Source: an uncultured Fibrobacterota bacterium (GTDB lineage: Bacteria; Fibrobacterota; Chitinivibrionia; Chitinivibrionales; FEN-1185). Taken from it: 64,000 nucleotides of DNA. Location: contig CAVSQB010000031.1 in NCBI GenBank assembly GCA_963729895.1, positions 25,639 to 89,638 on the forward strand. The letters run 5' to 3'. The notes beneath the pieces were generated by a model, which saw only the letters and a program-made list of their open reading frames with translations, was not told where the DNA came from and ran no database searches. A program made the position numbers and the translations under genes. Shown in pieces: positions 38,207 to 48,932 of this stretch (within the stretch, counting starts at the first letter, position 1; every line of letters starts with the position of its first letter).

Positions 38207-39040
38207 TTAGTGTTTTCGAAATCCCTTGAACCTCTCCCGCGCCTCTTCGCTCCTTCGTTCATCCCTTTTCGCAAGTACCATGTCCCACACCTTTTCCTCG
38301 CTCAGATCGAAAAGTTCATGGATGAGTTTGAGGTAATATGCGGCGCCGCGCGAGGAAAAGCGGTGGAGAAACAGGATTTTCCCCTCGGTTACGAGTTCGT
38401 CGAATACCGAATCGGCAGGAATGGCGGTGGACGTCACCATGCCGGGGAAAAGCCGCCCCAGCGCCGCTGCAAAGCTGTTCTGGCGCTTTGTGTCGCGGTA
38501 GAAGTTGGGGATTATTTTCGTGATCCGTCCGCCAAAGGGGTGCTCGGAGGCGAGCATTTTTCCCATTTCCACAATGCCGTCTATTGCAAACTGCCGAAGC
38601 TCGGTGGGTACAAAGATCTCTGAGCATGCATATACCGAGGAGATCTGCAGCCGGTCCATGCCCGGCGCGTTGTCGATGAGCACGAAATCGTAGAAGCGCC
38701 CCAGGTCGCATGCGTCCATGGTTCGCCGCAGAAAATGCACGTCCGCCACGTCCGCGTCGCACAACTCGCGGGACGAGGTTACGATATGCAAATTAGGAAG
38801 GCCGGTCTTCCGTATCGACCGGAGAAACACCGCCGGCGCGTCGGAAGCCTGCGAACAGTACACATCGTGGATGGCGGGGTGGCACACACCGGTGCCGAGC
38901 ATGCTGGAGAGGTTGTGCTGGCTGTCGTTGTCGGCAACCAGAACGCGGAAACCGACGAGAGCGAGCGCCTGGGCCGTGCACCCGGTAAAGGTTGTCTTGC
39001 CCACACCGCCCTTGTGGTTGAGTACCGAAACCGTCTTCAT
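38207..39040 (-). CDS. ParA/Soj-family ATPase (no adjacent ParB)
   Basis: NHKGGVGKTT deviant Walker A, DNDSQHNLS, YDFVLIDNAP. Confidence 0.9.
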   Translation of the reverse strand: MKTVSVLNHKGGVGKTTFTGCTAQALALVGFRVLVADNDSQHNLSSMLGTGVCHPAIHDVYCSQASDAPAVFLRSIRKTGLPNLHIVTSSRELCDADVADVHFLRRTMDACDLGRFYDFVLIDNAPGMDRLQISSVYACSEIFVPTELRQFAIDGIVEMGKMLASEHPFGGRITKIIPNFYRDTKRQNSFAAALGRLFPGMVTSTAIPADSVFDELVTEGKILFLHRFSSRGAAYYLKLIHELFDLSEEKVWDMVLAKRDERRSEEARERFKGFRKH

Positions 39041-39049
39041 GCCGCACGC

Positions 39050-40696
39050 CTATCGCGCGCGGTCATGATCGATTTTGTCAAGATCATTCAGCCGCTTTCT
39101 GGCAAACTGGCATTGTTCGTCGACCGGCCTGGACCCGCACGCGGAGAATTCGATGAAATAATTCCAGGCCTTCAACGCTTCTATAAGAATAGTCTGGCCG
39201 TAGTTTTCCAGTCCGGCCTTCTTGTCGAGCGTGGAAGCCGAAAAGAACAGGATCTCCCGTTTGAAATCGGCGTTGAGCAGAACAACGGAACCCGCCTCCG
39301 AAGCCAGCGATGCATCGAGCCGCTCTTTGGCCTCGTCGAACATTCCCAGCCAGTAATACGTTTCGCCAAGGTACGCATCGATGGCCGGGTCGGAATAGGT
39401 AGTCCTGAGCCGCTCCAGCATTTTGCGCGCCCTGTCGTACTGCTTCGAATGCTTTAGAATGATCGCTGCAAGCCGTATTTGCGCTTCGAGGTATTCGTTG
39501 GCCAAGCCTCCGTGTTCCAGCGACGGAACCATTTTATAGGTGTTAGCGGCATCGTCCCACCGGCCCTCTCGTTCGAGCGTCTTCCCCCGTTCCAGAAGCG
39601 GCACCGCCACGGATTGCGAAAACCTCGGCGCGGATGTGTCGACAAAGAACACGCGCCAGAACGCCAGGCCGGAAAGCAGGATCGACGCGACGGACAGGAC
39701 AAACGCAATGGTTCCGAACTGGCGCTTAAAGGAAAACGGCACTTTCATTTTGCGGCCGATGCCCCAGCTCGTGTACGACTGGATGCAGATCTGGATGTCC
39801 TCGATGATTTCTTTTTCGTTTGACGGCCTGTGGTCGGGGTTTTTGGAAAGCAGTTTGTCGATAAGCTCTTCGGTGAGCGAAGAAATGGCGGGCCGGATTT
39901 TCTTCGCCTTGGTGTAGCGGCACTCGTTGATGGCCTGGATGAGCGCCGTGAGGTTTTCGCCCTTGAAAGGTTTCTGGTTCGTGAATAATTCGTACATCAC
40001 GATGCCCAGGGAGAAGAAATCGCTGCGGATGTCGAGTTTGCCCCCGGAAAGCTGTTCCGGAGACATGTAGTGGAACGTGCCCACGATCATCCCCTGCATG
40101 GTGTTGCTCGTGATGTTGAGCGGCTTTGCCGCGCCGAAGTCCATGAGCTTCACGAGCTTCCCGGGCGTGATCATGATATTTTCCGGCTTGATGTCGCGGT
40201 GCAGGATGCCGTGGATCACCTCGCCGGACGGCCCCGAGATTTCCACCCTGTGCGCGTATTCGAGCGCCTTGGTCACTTGCAGTGCGATGGACAGTATGTC
40301 GCGCTCGCTGATCTTCGGATTAGCGATCATGTATTCCCGGACGGTCTGGCCCGTTATGAATTCCATTTCCATGTAGAAATAGCCGTTTACTTCCCCCGTG
40401 TCGAACACGCGAAGGATATTCGGGTGGTCGAGGCGTGCGGTGAGTTGCGCCTCCTGGCGGAAGCGGATGAAGAAGTCTTCCTCGTCCATGAGAGAAGGCT
40501 TGAGGATTTTGACGACCCTGTCGAGATCGAACGGAATGTTATGCGCCTTGTAAATAAACGCAGTGCCGCCCTCGTTTATCTTCTCGATGATCTGGCAGTT
40601 GCCTATGGTGGCGCCCACAAACGGATCGGGCGAAGCGGCCGCGGCAGGCGTCTGCTGATGCGGGCCGCCCGCACTGAATCGTTTTGTATCCGGCAT
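39050..40696 (-). CDS. Membrane-anchored Hanks-type Ser/Thr kinase with C-terminal TPR-like region
   Basis: VVKIL, HRDIKPEN, DFG, GTFHYMSPEQ, SDFFSLG; TM IAFVLSVASILLSGLAFW. Confidence 0.92.
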   Translation of the reverse strand: MPDTKRFSAGGPHQQTPAAAASPDPFVGATIGNCQIIEKINEGGTAFIYKAHNIPFDLDRVVKILKPSLMDEEDFFIRFRQEAQLTARLDHPNILRVFDTGEVNGYFYMEMEFITGQTVREYMIANPKISERDILSIALQVTKALEYAHRVEISGPSGEVIHGILHRDIKPENIMITPGKLVKLMDFGAAKPLNITSNTMQGMIVGTFHYMSPEQLSGGKLDIRSDFFSLGIVMYELFTNQKPFKGENLTALIQAINECRYTKAKKIRPAISSLTEELIDKLLSKNPDHRPSNEKEIIEDIQICIQSYTSWGIGRKMKVPFSFKRQFGTIAFVLSVASILLSGLAFWRVFFVDTSAPRFSQSVAVPLLERGKTLEREGRWDDAANTYKMVPSLEHGGLANEYLEAQIRLAAIILKHSKQYDRARKMLERLRTTYSDPAIDAYLGETYYWLGMFDEAKERLDASLASEAGSVVLLNADFKREILFFSASTLDKKAGLENYGQTILIEALKAWNYFIEFSACGSRPVDEQCQFARKRLNDLDKIDHDRAR

Positions 40697-42462
40697 CAGT
40701 TCCCTCCGTCAACGAGTATGGTTATCTGGCTGCGTATGGCCGCTATCTTCGCCGCGACGGCGGCGCGGGCCGCCTCCAACGGCTCTCCCGCCGCGCTCCT
40801 GCACGAGGCGTAGAACTTGATCTTGGGCTCGGTGCCCGACGGTCGCGCCGTGATCACGGAGCCGTCGTCGCACACGAACTGAAGCACATTGGACGACGGA
40901 AGCGCAATGGACTTCTTCCGTGCGCCCGAAGCCATGTCGACCACCGTGCCGTCTGCATAGTCTTTGACAAGAAGAACGGTCCGTTCCCCAAAGGTTTTCG
41001 GCGGGTCTTTGCGCAGGCGCGCCATCAGCGCGGTCATCACCGATTGTCCCGACTCTCCCTTAAAGTACCGGGATACCTGGGTTTCTTCAAAATACCCGTA
41101 TGTCCGGTACAGCGAATCGAGCCTGTCGAGAAGCGAGCGTCCCTGCGACACCTGGTAGAGCGTCATTTCCGCGGTGAGCACCGCGGCGGACACGGCGTCT
41201 TTGTCGCGTACGCTCGTGTTCACCAGAAACCCGTAGCTTTCCTCGGTGCCGAAAATGTATGCAGGACCCTGCGCCTCGGCGTCGAACTCGCGCATCTTCT
41301 CGCCGATATACTTGAACCCGGTGAGCACGTCGAAGCATTCCACGCCGTATGCCTGCGCAATGAGCCTGCCGAGCTCGGTAGTCACGATCGACTTGATAAA
41401 TGCGCCTCGTGCCGGAAGCGTGCCCAGTTCCTTCCTGCTCAAAAGAATGTAATCGAGCAGGAGTGCGCCGAGCTGGTTGCCCGAGAGCAGGGAAAAGCCG
41501 CCCCGCCCGTCGGGAGCCGCGCAGCCGAGACGGTCGGCGTCGGGATCGGTTGCGAGAACAAGGTGCGCCGATTCCTTTTTAGCAAGGTCGAGCGCCAGCT
41601 TCATTGCCGTTGCCTCTTCCGGGTTTGGAAAGGCAACGGTCGGGAAATTTCCGTCCGGTTCTTTTTGCTGCGGCACGAAGGAGACTCGTATTCCCAGGTC
41701 TTCCAGGGCCTTTTCCACGGGAAAAGCGCCCGTCCCGTGCAACGGCGTGTACACAACCCTGAGGCGTGCGCCCTGCCGGCGCACGAGGTCGGGGCGGAGC
41801 ACGCACGCTTTCACCATGGCGACAAAGGGCGCGTCGACGTCTTCGTCGATCATAACCAGGAGCCCCCGCGCCAGAGCGTCTTCCTTTGTCAAGCAGGCGA
41901 TCTGCGGGCCCTGCACGGCCCGCACCTCGGCCACGATGCCGGTGTCGTGCGGGGCAACAATCTGGCCGCCGTCGCTCCAATACACTTTGTACCCGTTGTA
42001 TTCCGCAGGATTGTGGCTTGCGGTGATGACGATGCCGGCCGTGGCCCCGAGTTTCCGAACGGTGAACGAGAGCTGCGGCGTAGACCTCAGCGACGTGTAC
42101 AGATACGTCCTGATGCCGTTGGCGCACAGCACGCGTGCGGATTCAAGCGCAAACGTGTCGGAAAAATGCCGCGAATCGTACGCGATCGCGACCGAAGCCG
42201 TCGCCGCCGGCGCCGCCTTCCTGACGTAATTGGCAAGTCCCTGCGTGGTTTTCCGGATGATGTACGAGTTGAGCCGGTTGTACCCGCCGCCGATGACGCC
42301 GCGGATACCGCCCGTGCCGAATTCGAGCTCGGTATAGAACCGGTCCGAAAGCTCGGCGAGATCCTGTTTCGCAAGCAGCGATTCCACCTGCACGCGAAAG
42401 AACGGGTCTTCTTCGAGGCGGATGTACTCCTGCGCCTTGCTGATAATTTCCTGCTTGTCCAA
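40696..42462 (-). CDS. pgm: Phosphoglucomutase/phosphomannomutase
   Basis: EFGTGG, TASHNP, DPDADR, EESYG, RPSGTEPKIKFY. Confidence 0.93.
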   Translation of the reverse strand: MDKQEIISKAQEYIRLEEDPFFRVQVESLLAKQDLAELSDRFYTELEFGTGGIRGVIGGGYNRLNSYIIRKTTQGLANYVRKAAPAATASVAIAYDSRHFSDTFALESARVLCANGIRTYLYTSLRSTPQLSFTVRKLGATAGIVITASHNPAEYNGYKVYWSDGGQIVAPHDTGIVAEVRAVQGPQIACLTKEDALARGLLVMIDEDVDAPFVAMVKACVLRPDLVRRQGARLRVVYTPLHGTGAFPVEKALEDLGIRVSFVPQQKEPDGNFPTVAFPNPEEATAMKLALDLAKKESAHLVLATDPDADRLGCAAPDGRGGFSLLSGNQLGALLLDYILLSRKELGTLPARGAFIKSIVTTELGRLIAQAYGVECFDVLTGFKYIGEKMREFDAEAQGPAYIFGTEESYGFLVNTSVRDKDAVSAAVLTAEMTLYQVSQGRSLLDRLDSLYRTYGYFEETQVSRYFKGESGQSVMTALMARLRKDPPKTFGERTVLLVKDYADGTVVDMASGARKKSIALPSSNVLQFVCDDGSVITARPSGTEPKIKFYASCRSAAGEPLEAARAAVAAKIAAIRSQITILVDGGN

Positions 42463-42578
42463 AGTGCAACTATCCTTTCCGGGCGACTATCAATAAATAA
42501 CGTCGTGCGGCTGGCGATTCAAAATTAGAAAATAATAAATGAATCCTACCGCGAGCGCATTGTCACTTCGTTCCCTAA

Positions 42579-43890
42579 CAGGGTGTTGAAAAAGTCTCCC
42601 TTTTGTAAACATTTATCCTTATATTATAGGGGAACCCCAACCAAGGAGTATTGATGAGAGGTTCCCAGCCAGCCCAAGGCGGTATGTTCAGCTTCGTTTC
42701 TCCGGATTCCCGAGTGCCGGCAACGCACCCGCTTCGTCGTGTCAAACAGTTTACGGACATAGCGCTGCGCCGCCTTTCTCGTGACTTTGAGGCGATGTAC
42801 AGCCGGATGGGGCGCCCTTCGATACCGCCGGAATGGCTTTTGAAAGCACAGATATTGATGGCTTTGTTTTCGATACGGTCGGACCGGTTGTTTTGCGAGA
42901 TGCTGGACTATAACATTCTGTTCCGATGGTTTCTTGACATGGATCTGGATGCGGCATCGTTTGATCATAGTGTGTTTTCGAAGAACCGAGATCGACTTAT
43001 GGAACAGGAGATTGCGCACCGGCTGATGCAGGAAATCGTGCGTCTTGCTCGTTCCGAAGAGTTGTTGTCCGATGAGCATTTCACGGTTGACGGCACGTTG
43101 ATTGAAGCCTGGGCATCGATGAAGAGCTTCAAGCGAAAAGACGCGGAATCGGCGAACAAGACTGACGATGATCGGAGTAATCCGTCGGTTGATTTCCACC
43201 ATGAGAAGCGAAGCAATGAGACACATCAGAGTTCGACCGATCCAGAGGCGCTGTTGGCTCGGAAGAACAAGAGAACGGGAGCGCAGCTGGCGTATTCCGG
43301 TCACGTGCTGATGGAAAACCGAAATGGGTTGTGTGTTGATATCGCCATTGCGCCAGCGACGGGGACAGCGGAACGGGATATGGCGCTTGAGCTGATAAAG
43401 CATGAACGCAGGCGCGGAAAACGCCGGATGAAGACGGTGGGTGCAGACAAAGGGTATCATGCAACCGAATTTATCAAGAGCCTGCGACGCCTGCACGTGA
43501 AGCCTCACATTGCCGAGAAGGCCAACACTTCGCTTAAAGGGTTGGATGGAAGAACGACTCGGCATAAGGGATACAGCGTAAGTCAACGGAAACGAAAACG
43601 GGTTGAAGAGATATTTGGGTGGATCAAGAGCGTCGGTGGCCTGCGGAAAACTCGGGTAAGAGGAATACGAATCAACCAGACTGTTGCCTACGTGGTTGCC
43701 GCAGCGTACAACTTGATACGCATGGTTAAGTTGATGCCGCAAACGGTGGGGGCAGCATGAGAATGGCCTGGGAATCCGGGGAAATGCCTCGGAACGAGGC
43801 AGGTAAAACCTCTCTGACATATGTAAAGTTGAAGTTAGGTTCATAAAAAATCAACAAGAGCGCTTCTGTTAGGACTATTTCAACAACCTG
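42579..43890 (+). mobile_element. IS5-family insertion sequence, copy 2 (1312 bp)
   Basis: IRs CAGGGTGTTGAAA / TTTCAACAACCTG; TSD CTAA at 42575-42578 and 43891-43894. Confidence 0.95.
42654..43760 (+). CDS. IS5-family DDE transposase
   Basis: Protein identical to that of copy 1; AAGGAG RBS. Confidence 0.95.
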   Translation: MRGSQPAQGGMFSFVSPDSRVPATHPLRRVKQFTDIALRRLSRDFEAMYSRMGRPSIPPEWLLKAQILMALFSIRSDRLFCEMLDYNILFRWFLDMDLDAASFDHSVFSKNRDRLMEQEIAHRLMQEIVRLARSEELLSDEHFTVDGTLIEAWASMKSFKRKDAESANKTDDDRSNPSVDFHHEKRSNETHQSSTDPEALLARKNKRTGAQLAYSGHVLMENRNGLCVDIAIAPATGTAERDMALELIKHERRRGKRRMKTVGADKGYHATEFIKSLRRLHVKPHIAEKANTSLKGLDGRTTRHKGYSVSQRKRKRVEEIFGWIKSVGGLRKTRVRGIRINQTVAYVVAAAYNLIRMVKLMPQTVGAA

Positions 43891-44223
43891 CTAAGGTATG
43901 GTAATTGCGCTTCGCGTTTATATTATGTCGTTTGCCTTTTCCTCGGAGCTTGCTCCGGGGTTCTTCAATGTTCCGGCTGCGAAGGATGGTTCGGCAGCGC
44001 AACCCTCAAGGTCAACGCCCCGGCGCACTTCCTCAACGACTTTTTGCTTTTCTGCCCGCGCCGGCCCGCACCACAGGTCGGTTCAAACAGGTGATGCGGG
44101 AGCATTGCGCACGTCAAATAGCTAAAACAATAGCGAGCGTAACAGAGTATATTTAAGAAAAATCGCCTCTTCCGGTATGTCATCTGCGCTCGGTTGCGGT
44201 TCATCTTATTCGCTGCTCGTACC

Positions 44224-45228
44224 ATGATACTCGAAATTGCAGTTCTGCTGGCGTGCCTCGTCGTTATTCTCCTGGGCTGCATCGTTTTTGTCAATGCGGT
44301 GGAGCTTCTGGGAAAGACGCTCAACCTGCATCAGGGGATCGTGGGCAGCATCCTTGCCGCCATAGGTACGGCGCTTCCGGAAACGTTCATTCCCATAATC
44401 GCGATCCTGTTCGCCCGCGGCGCGAGCGCCACCGACGTGGGTATCGGCGCGATTGCCGGCGCGCCGTTTATGCTCGGCACGCTTGCCCTGTTCGTTACCG
44501 GCGCCGCCATCCTAGTCTATGCACGCCTGGGCAAACGGACCACCAGGATGAACGCGGATGTACGCAGTCTTCAGCGCGACCTTGTTTTCTTTCTTATCTA
44601 CTATGGGATCGCGGTGTGCTCGACGTTCTTTCACCGCCTGATTCTCCTGAAATCAATCGTCGCAATCGGCCTGCTCGCCTCGTACCCTTTGTATCTGCGC
44701 TGGACAATCAAGAGCGAAGGCGCGGATATCCAAGGTGCGGAGAACCTGTATTTGTCCCGATTTGTCAGCCTGTCGCCCACAGTGCCTGCTATCCTCCTGC
44801 AGCTTGGCCTGAGCCTTGCCTTGCTTGTGGTCGGCGCGCACTACTTTGTTGTTTACGTCCGGGCGATGTCCCAAACCCTTGGTGTATCGCCGCTTATTCT
44901 GTCTCTCATCATTACGCCGATTGCAACGGAACTTCCCGAGAAGATCAATTCCGTTATCTGGGTGGGTAAGGGCAAAGACACTCTTGCTCTGGGCAACATA
45001 ACCGGCGCGATGGTGTTCCAGAGCTGTTTCCCCGTGGTGTTCGGCATGCTGTTTACCGAATGGGACCTCAAGCATGCCACACTGGTGTCCGCTGCATGCG
45101 CCTTGGCATCCGCTCTTGTCCTCCTTGTGTGGGTGCGAATCAAGAAATCGATTAACCCCTATGTCTTATGCCTGGGCGGAGTGTTCTATGCCGTACTCAT
45201 TCTTCACATTTCGTTTCTATGGAAATAG
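44224..45228 (+). CDS. Sodium:calcium antiporter (CaCA/YrbG family)
   Basis: Alpha repeats GTALPE..GIGAIAGA and ATELPE..ALGNITGA; about 10 TM segments. Confidence 0.9.
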   Translation: MILEIAVLLACLVVILLGCIVFVNAVELLGKTLNLHQGIVGSILAAIGTALPETFIPIIAILFARGASATDVGIGAIAGAPFMLGTLALFVTGAAILVYARLGKRTTRMNADVRSLQRDLVFFLIYYGIAVCSTFFHRLILLKSIVAIGLLASYPLYLRWTIKSEGADIQGAENLYLSRFVSLSPTVPAILLQLGLSLALLVVGAHYFVVYVRAMSQTLGVSPLILSLIITPIATELPEKINSVIWVGKGKDTLALGNITGAMVFQSCFPVVFGMLFTEWDLKHATLVSAACALASALVLLVWVRIKKSINPYVLCLGGVFYAVLILHISFLWK

Positions 45229-45405
45229 GACCCGAAAACGCCATATTTTTACCCACCCACCTGCAAATATGTTGTATTTTGGATTGCAAAATAATCATCT
45301 GAAGTGCTTTTCACAACGCCCATTTTCAAATTGCGCACGATCCAGAACGGCAAGATCCTTCGCTTCGCTCTCCATGACCGTCCTATGAAGGCATAATCGT
45401 ACCGT

Positions 45406-46254
45406 ATGGAAAAAAACCAGTTTCTCACGGAAGAAAACTCGCTCGCCCTGTATCTCAAGGAGATCGGCAAGAACAAGACGCTTCCCGTTGAAGAAGAGGC
45501 CCAGACCGCGGTTCGTATTCGCAAGGGGGACCGGAAAGCGCTCGAGAAACTGGTGAAGGCGAACCTCAGGTTTGTGGTGTCGGTGGCGCGCAATTATCAG
45601 AACCAGGGGTTGCCCCTTTCCGATCTTATCAACGAGGGAAACCTCGGCCTCATCCGGGCCGCCAAGCGTTTCGACGAAAAAAAGAATTTCAAGTTCATCT
45701 CTTATGCGGTGTGGTGGATACGCCAGGCAATTTTGCAGGCGCTGGCGGAACAGTCGCGTATTATCAAGCTGCCGCTCAACCGCGTGGGCACCATCCACAA
45801 GATCGGCAAGGCGCAAAGCAAGCTCGAACAGAAATACCGCCGTATTCCCAACATCGAGGAAATTGCGCGCGAGCTGAAAATTGACGAAGAAGAAGTCCAG
45901 GAGACCATCAAGATCGGCAATTCCCACATGTCGCTCGACGCCCCGCTCCAGCAGGGTGAAGACAGCAAACTCCTCGACCTCCTCCAGGACGAAGACCAGG
46001 AACTGCCCGACGACGGCGTCATGGAAATCTCGCTCCAGGAGGAGATCAACCAGACCCTCGACACCCTCACCTGCCGCGAAAAAGAGGTCATCAAGCTCTA
46101 CTTCGGCATCGGCGAGGAAACCGCCCATACGCTCGAAGAAATCGGGCAGCGTTTCAACCTCACCCGCGAACGCGCCCGCCAGATAAAAGAAAAGGCGCTC
46201 AGAAGGCTTAAGCATTCGTCAAGGAGCCAGCGGTTGAAGGTTTACCGGGTGTGA
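45406..46254 (+). CDS. RpoD/SigA-family sigma-70 factor lacking region 1.1
   Basis: [59 protein letters not shown]. Confidence 0.95.
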   Translation: MEKNQFLTEENSLALYLKEIGKNKTLPVEEEAQTAVRIRKGDRKALEKLVKANLRFVVSVARNYQNQGLPLSDLINEGNLGLIRAAKRFDEKKNFKFISYAVWWIRQAILQALAEQSRIIKLPLNRVGTIHKIGKAQSKLEQKYRRIPNIEEIARELKIDEEEVQETIKIGNSHMSLDAPLQQGEDSKLLDLLQDEDQELPDDGVMEISLQEEINQTLDTLTCREKEVIKLYFGIGEETAHTLEEIGQRFNLTRERARQIKEKALRRLKHSSRSQRLKVYRV

Positions 46255-46275
46255 AGATTATGCAGATCGGATGAT

Positions 46276-46310
46276 AAAAGGGCATTCGGGTGAGTGCCCT
46301 TTCTTATTTT
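46276..46310 (+). terminator. Rho-independent terminator after the sigma factor gene
   Basis: AAAGGGCATTC / GAGTGCCCTTT followed by a T-rich tract. Confidence 0.7.
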
Positions 46311-46341
46311 CCTACTGTTCAGAAAAGGATTCCGCGAGACC

Positions 46342-47163
46342 ATGAACAGACGATTTGTTGCGGCAGCTCCATTGATCTTTGCGCTATTCCTTTCCTGCTC
46401 CCAAAAAGAACCCGCCCGGATCCGTCCCGTTCCCTTCACAAAAGCTGCATTCGAGAAAAGGGCCGAAGCCGCATTCTTCTCCGATTCCGCCGCACAACAA
46501 CTGAGGATTTTGAGAAACGAAATCTACGCCCGTCACGGTCGAATCTTCGAATCAAGGGACCTCCGCGATTATTTTGGCGCCCGTAGCTGGTACCATCCCG
46601 CCGCAAAATACCGCGACGACATGCTGTCGAAGCCGGAGACAGACATGGTCCGGCGGATCGTGAATTGCGAAACGTATCTGCAGAAACTGGACGATAAAGA
46701 GAAGCGACGCCTGGACTCGGTGCGGGTCTTCTACAAATCAAGGCCTTGTCTCGACACCACCATCGTTGACTTCATCGACTATACGGGTGACGGGCGAAAC
46801 GAGAAGTGCATAACGACGATCGAAAAACGCCGGGACACCGTGCTGGTGCACTATTGCATCATCGGCAGGAAAGATACCCTGTACGCCAAGACGGAGCGCG
46901 CGTCGTTCGCGCCGGACAAAGACCTCCCCTATTTCGACGCCTACAACAATTACAGGACGGCGATACGGCTGTCGTCCTTGGGAGCTTCTCGCAAGCTTGT
47001 TTCGCCTGATGTCAAGAAGCAGTACAATGGAGGGAAGCCGTACAAGAACTATCTCGCGAAGTTCAAAGGCGCGATCCTGGTGACCGTGACGGGCGAAAGC
47101 GTCGGATGCAGTTATTTCTGGTATGCGCCGAAGAAGAGGTTCGAGACGTTGTATTGCGAGTGA
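46342..47163 (+). CDS. YARHG-domain lipoprotein
   Basis: FLSC lipobox; LRILRNEIYARHGRIF..LRDYF..SWY. Confidence 0.88.
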   Translation: MNRRFVAAAPLIFALFLSCSQKEPARIRPVPFTKAAFEKRAEAAFFSDSAAQQLRILRNEIYARHGRIFESRDLRDYFGARSWYHPAAKYRDDMLSKPETDMVRRIVNCETYLQKLDDKEKRRLDSVRVFYKSRPCLDTTIVDFIDYTGDGRNEKCITTIEKRRDTVLVHYCIIGRKDTLYAKTERASFAPDKDLPYFDAYNNYRTAIRLSSLGASRKLVSPDVKKQYNGGKPYKNYLAKFKGAILVTVTGESVGCSYFWYAPKKRFETLYCE

Positions 47164-47179
47164 AGCATTCGCTTTCGTC

Positions 47180-48040
47180 CTATTTCCCCGCCCAATCGAT
47201 CGCAAGCCCCTTGCTCCACCCCAGCACCGGGTGGTCAACGAACCCCGTGCTCACGGCCGCGCCTTTCCAGGCCACCGTGACCCCGAAGTGCACGACAACA
47301 GGATTCGTGGCGAACGCGGCTGCCAGCGCCAGCTTCCCGGCCAGCCAGTATTCCTCGCCTATTGACAAGCGAAACCGCCACACGCCGTCGTGTGCCGCTT
47401 CGCACACGATCCCCTGGCTGCCGAGGGCATTGGCTGCGGTGTGCACGCCGCAGCGCAGAGACAGCGGCTCATCGTAGCCCGCGATGGCCGCGTTTTTCAG
47501 GGGGATGTGGTTGCACGAAAGCGACACTGCGGCGAGCTTGAACGGGATCATCGCGGATACGCCCATGTCGGCGCGCGTGGAAGCGGGATCGCCTCCCTGG
47601 TACAAACCGGCGCGGTACCCGGATACTTCGATCGATGGATTGACATAGGGTACAAGCGAAGTGCCCAGAGACACCCGGCCTTCCTGTTCAAAATAGACCC
47701 GCAGCGCATCCAGTTGGGAGAATAATGCCTTTGCAGTGCATCCCCGTATGCAATAGAAACCGCCGAGCGCTGCCTGAACGATATGAGACGATTCCATGTT
47801 GTCCATAGGATCGAAATAGTCGACGCCTGCCACGGAGACTCCGTAGCGGAAGGAATCTGCATAAAAGCACGCGGGGCTAAACGGCTCGCGTCCGGAGATT
47901 CCTTGTTGTTGCATGATGGTTCCGCCGTTCGCCATCGAATACCCCAGGGGAAACGGTTCACGGGTTGCGCAAAAGGCAAGGAGGACGAGGCAGAGAACGG
48001 CTGCCGCGGCAATCCGGACCCGCCCGGATATTATCTCCAC
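47180..48040 (-). CDS. Putative outer-membrane beta-barrel protein (PorP/SprF- or PorV-like)
   Basis: Signal-like N-terminus, alternating amphipathic strands, C-terminal HPVLGWSKGLAIDW; overlaps the upstream CTD-bearing gene. Confidence 0.55.
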   Translation of the reverse strand: MEIISGRVRIAAAAVLCLVLLAFCATREPFPLGYSMANGGTIMQQQGISGREPFSPACFYADSFRYGVSVAGVDYFDPMDNMESSHIVQAALGGFYCIRGCTAKALFSQLDALRVYFEQEGRVSLGTSLVPYVNPSIEVSGYRAGLYQGGDPASTRADMGVSAMIPFKLAAVSLSCNHIPLKNAAIAGYDEPLSLRCGVHTAANALGSQGIVCEAAHDGVWRFRLSIGEEYWLAGKLALAAAFATNPVVVHFGVTVAWKGAAVSTGFVDHPVLGWSKGLAIDWAGK

Positions 48041-48894
48041 AATATGCCCTTCTTCCTGATCACCTGTCTGGCGCCGTCGCAGGTCACGTCTGCAACGACG
48101 AAGAACGGTCCCACGTTGGCGGCCCTGCCGTCGGAGGCGGTCCCGTTCCAGAGGAATTGCGAAGACATCGGCTGAGGCACTTCGAAGTATTTCCTGCCGT
48201 CGAACCCGTAAATTGATACGGTGGCCGACGCGCCCGCGGGAAGGGTCATCTTAATTGACAAATAGTCGTCCCTGCCGTCATTGTTGGGCGTAAAGGGTAT
48301 CGGCCCTATGTCGAGGGATACACCGCTTGCGCGCCAGACTGCTTCGCTGTTGGGTTGCCCCGGAGACGGCATGGACGCAACCACCCATGCTTCCTTGAGG
48401 AGCCCGCTTATCCAAAACGATACGCGTGCAAGCGACTGGTCCGTCCACGAATCGAACCAGTGGTAATCCCAGCCCACGCTTTCGCGAAGCGCACCCGAGC
48501 TGTCCCAGACAAACAGTGTGTCGTGATAATTGTCCAGCGTGCGCCACCTGACGGGCTGGATGACCAAAGCCGTTGACGGATACTTTGCGAGAAACAGGGC
48601 TTTGTCCTTGGTGAGCACGGCGAAGCCGTTGGCGGGAATGATGAAATCTGAAGCGGCTATGAGGCATGTGTCGTCCTGGTTCCCGTAGCTCCAGTTCTTG
48701 AGAGTAACCGGTGAACCCGAAGGGTTTGCGAACTCAAGCCACTCCGGGCAATCGGCCTGAGCCCGGGGAAAAATCTCGTTTATCCGGAGGGCGGAATCGT
48801 TTTGGCAGTAGGCGGCGACTACGAGAAAGCAACCAAGGACCGACGCCGCCTGCACGGCCGTTTGTTTTTGTTTTTTGCCATGTGCGCAACACAT
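48031..48894 (-). CDS. Lamin-tail-domain protein with T9SS type-B (gliding motility-associated)-like C-terminal domain
   Basis: LRINEI..EWLEFAN..VTLKNW..SPGQPNS (LTD); PIPFTPNNDGRDD..IYGFDGR..WNG..GPFF..GILWR; start approximate. Confidence 0.78.
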   Translation of the reverse strand: MCCAHGKKQKQTAVQAASVLGCFLVVAAYCQNDSALRINEIFPRAQADCPEWLEFANPSGSPVTLKNWSYGNQDDTCLIAASDFIIPANGFAVLTKDKALFLAKYPSTALVIQPVRWRTLDNYHDTLFVWDSSGALRESVGWDYHWFDSWTDQSLARVSFWISGLLKEAWVVASMPSPGQPNSEAVWRASGVSLDIGPIPFTPNNDGRDDYLSIKMTLPAGASATVSIYGFDGRKYFEVPQPMSSQFLWNGTASDGRAANVGPFFVVADVTCDGARQVIRKKGILWR

Positions 48895-48932
48895 AGTTTT
48901 AAAATAAATAATAGGCTTAAGGAGAACCACTT

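Noticed and set aside
40684..42528. 614-aa plus-strand ORF and many similar long antisense or alternate-frame ORFs in the track
   Set aside because: They overlap well-supported genes and are expected from GC-rich codon bias.
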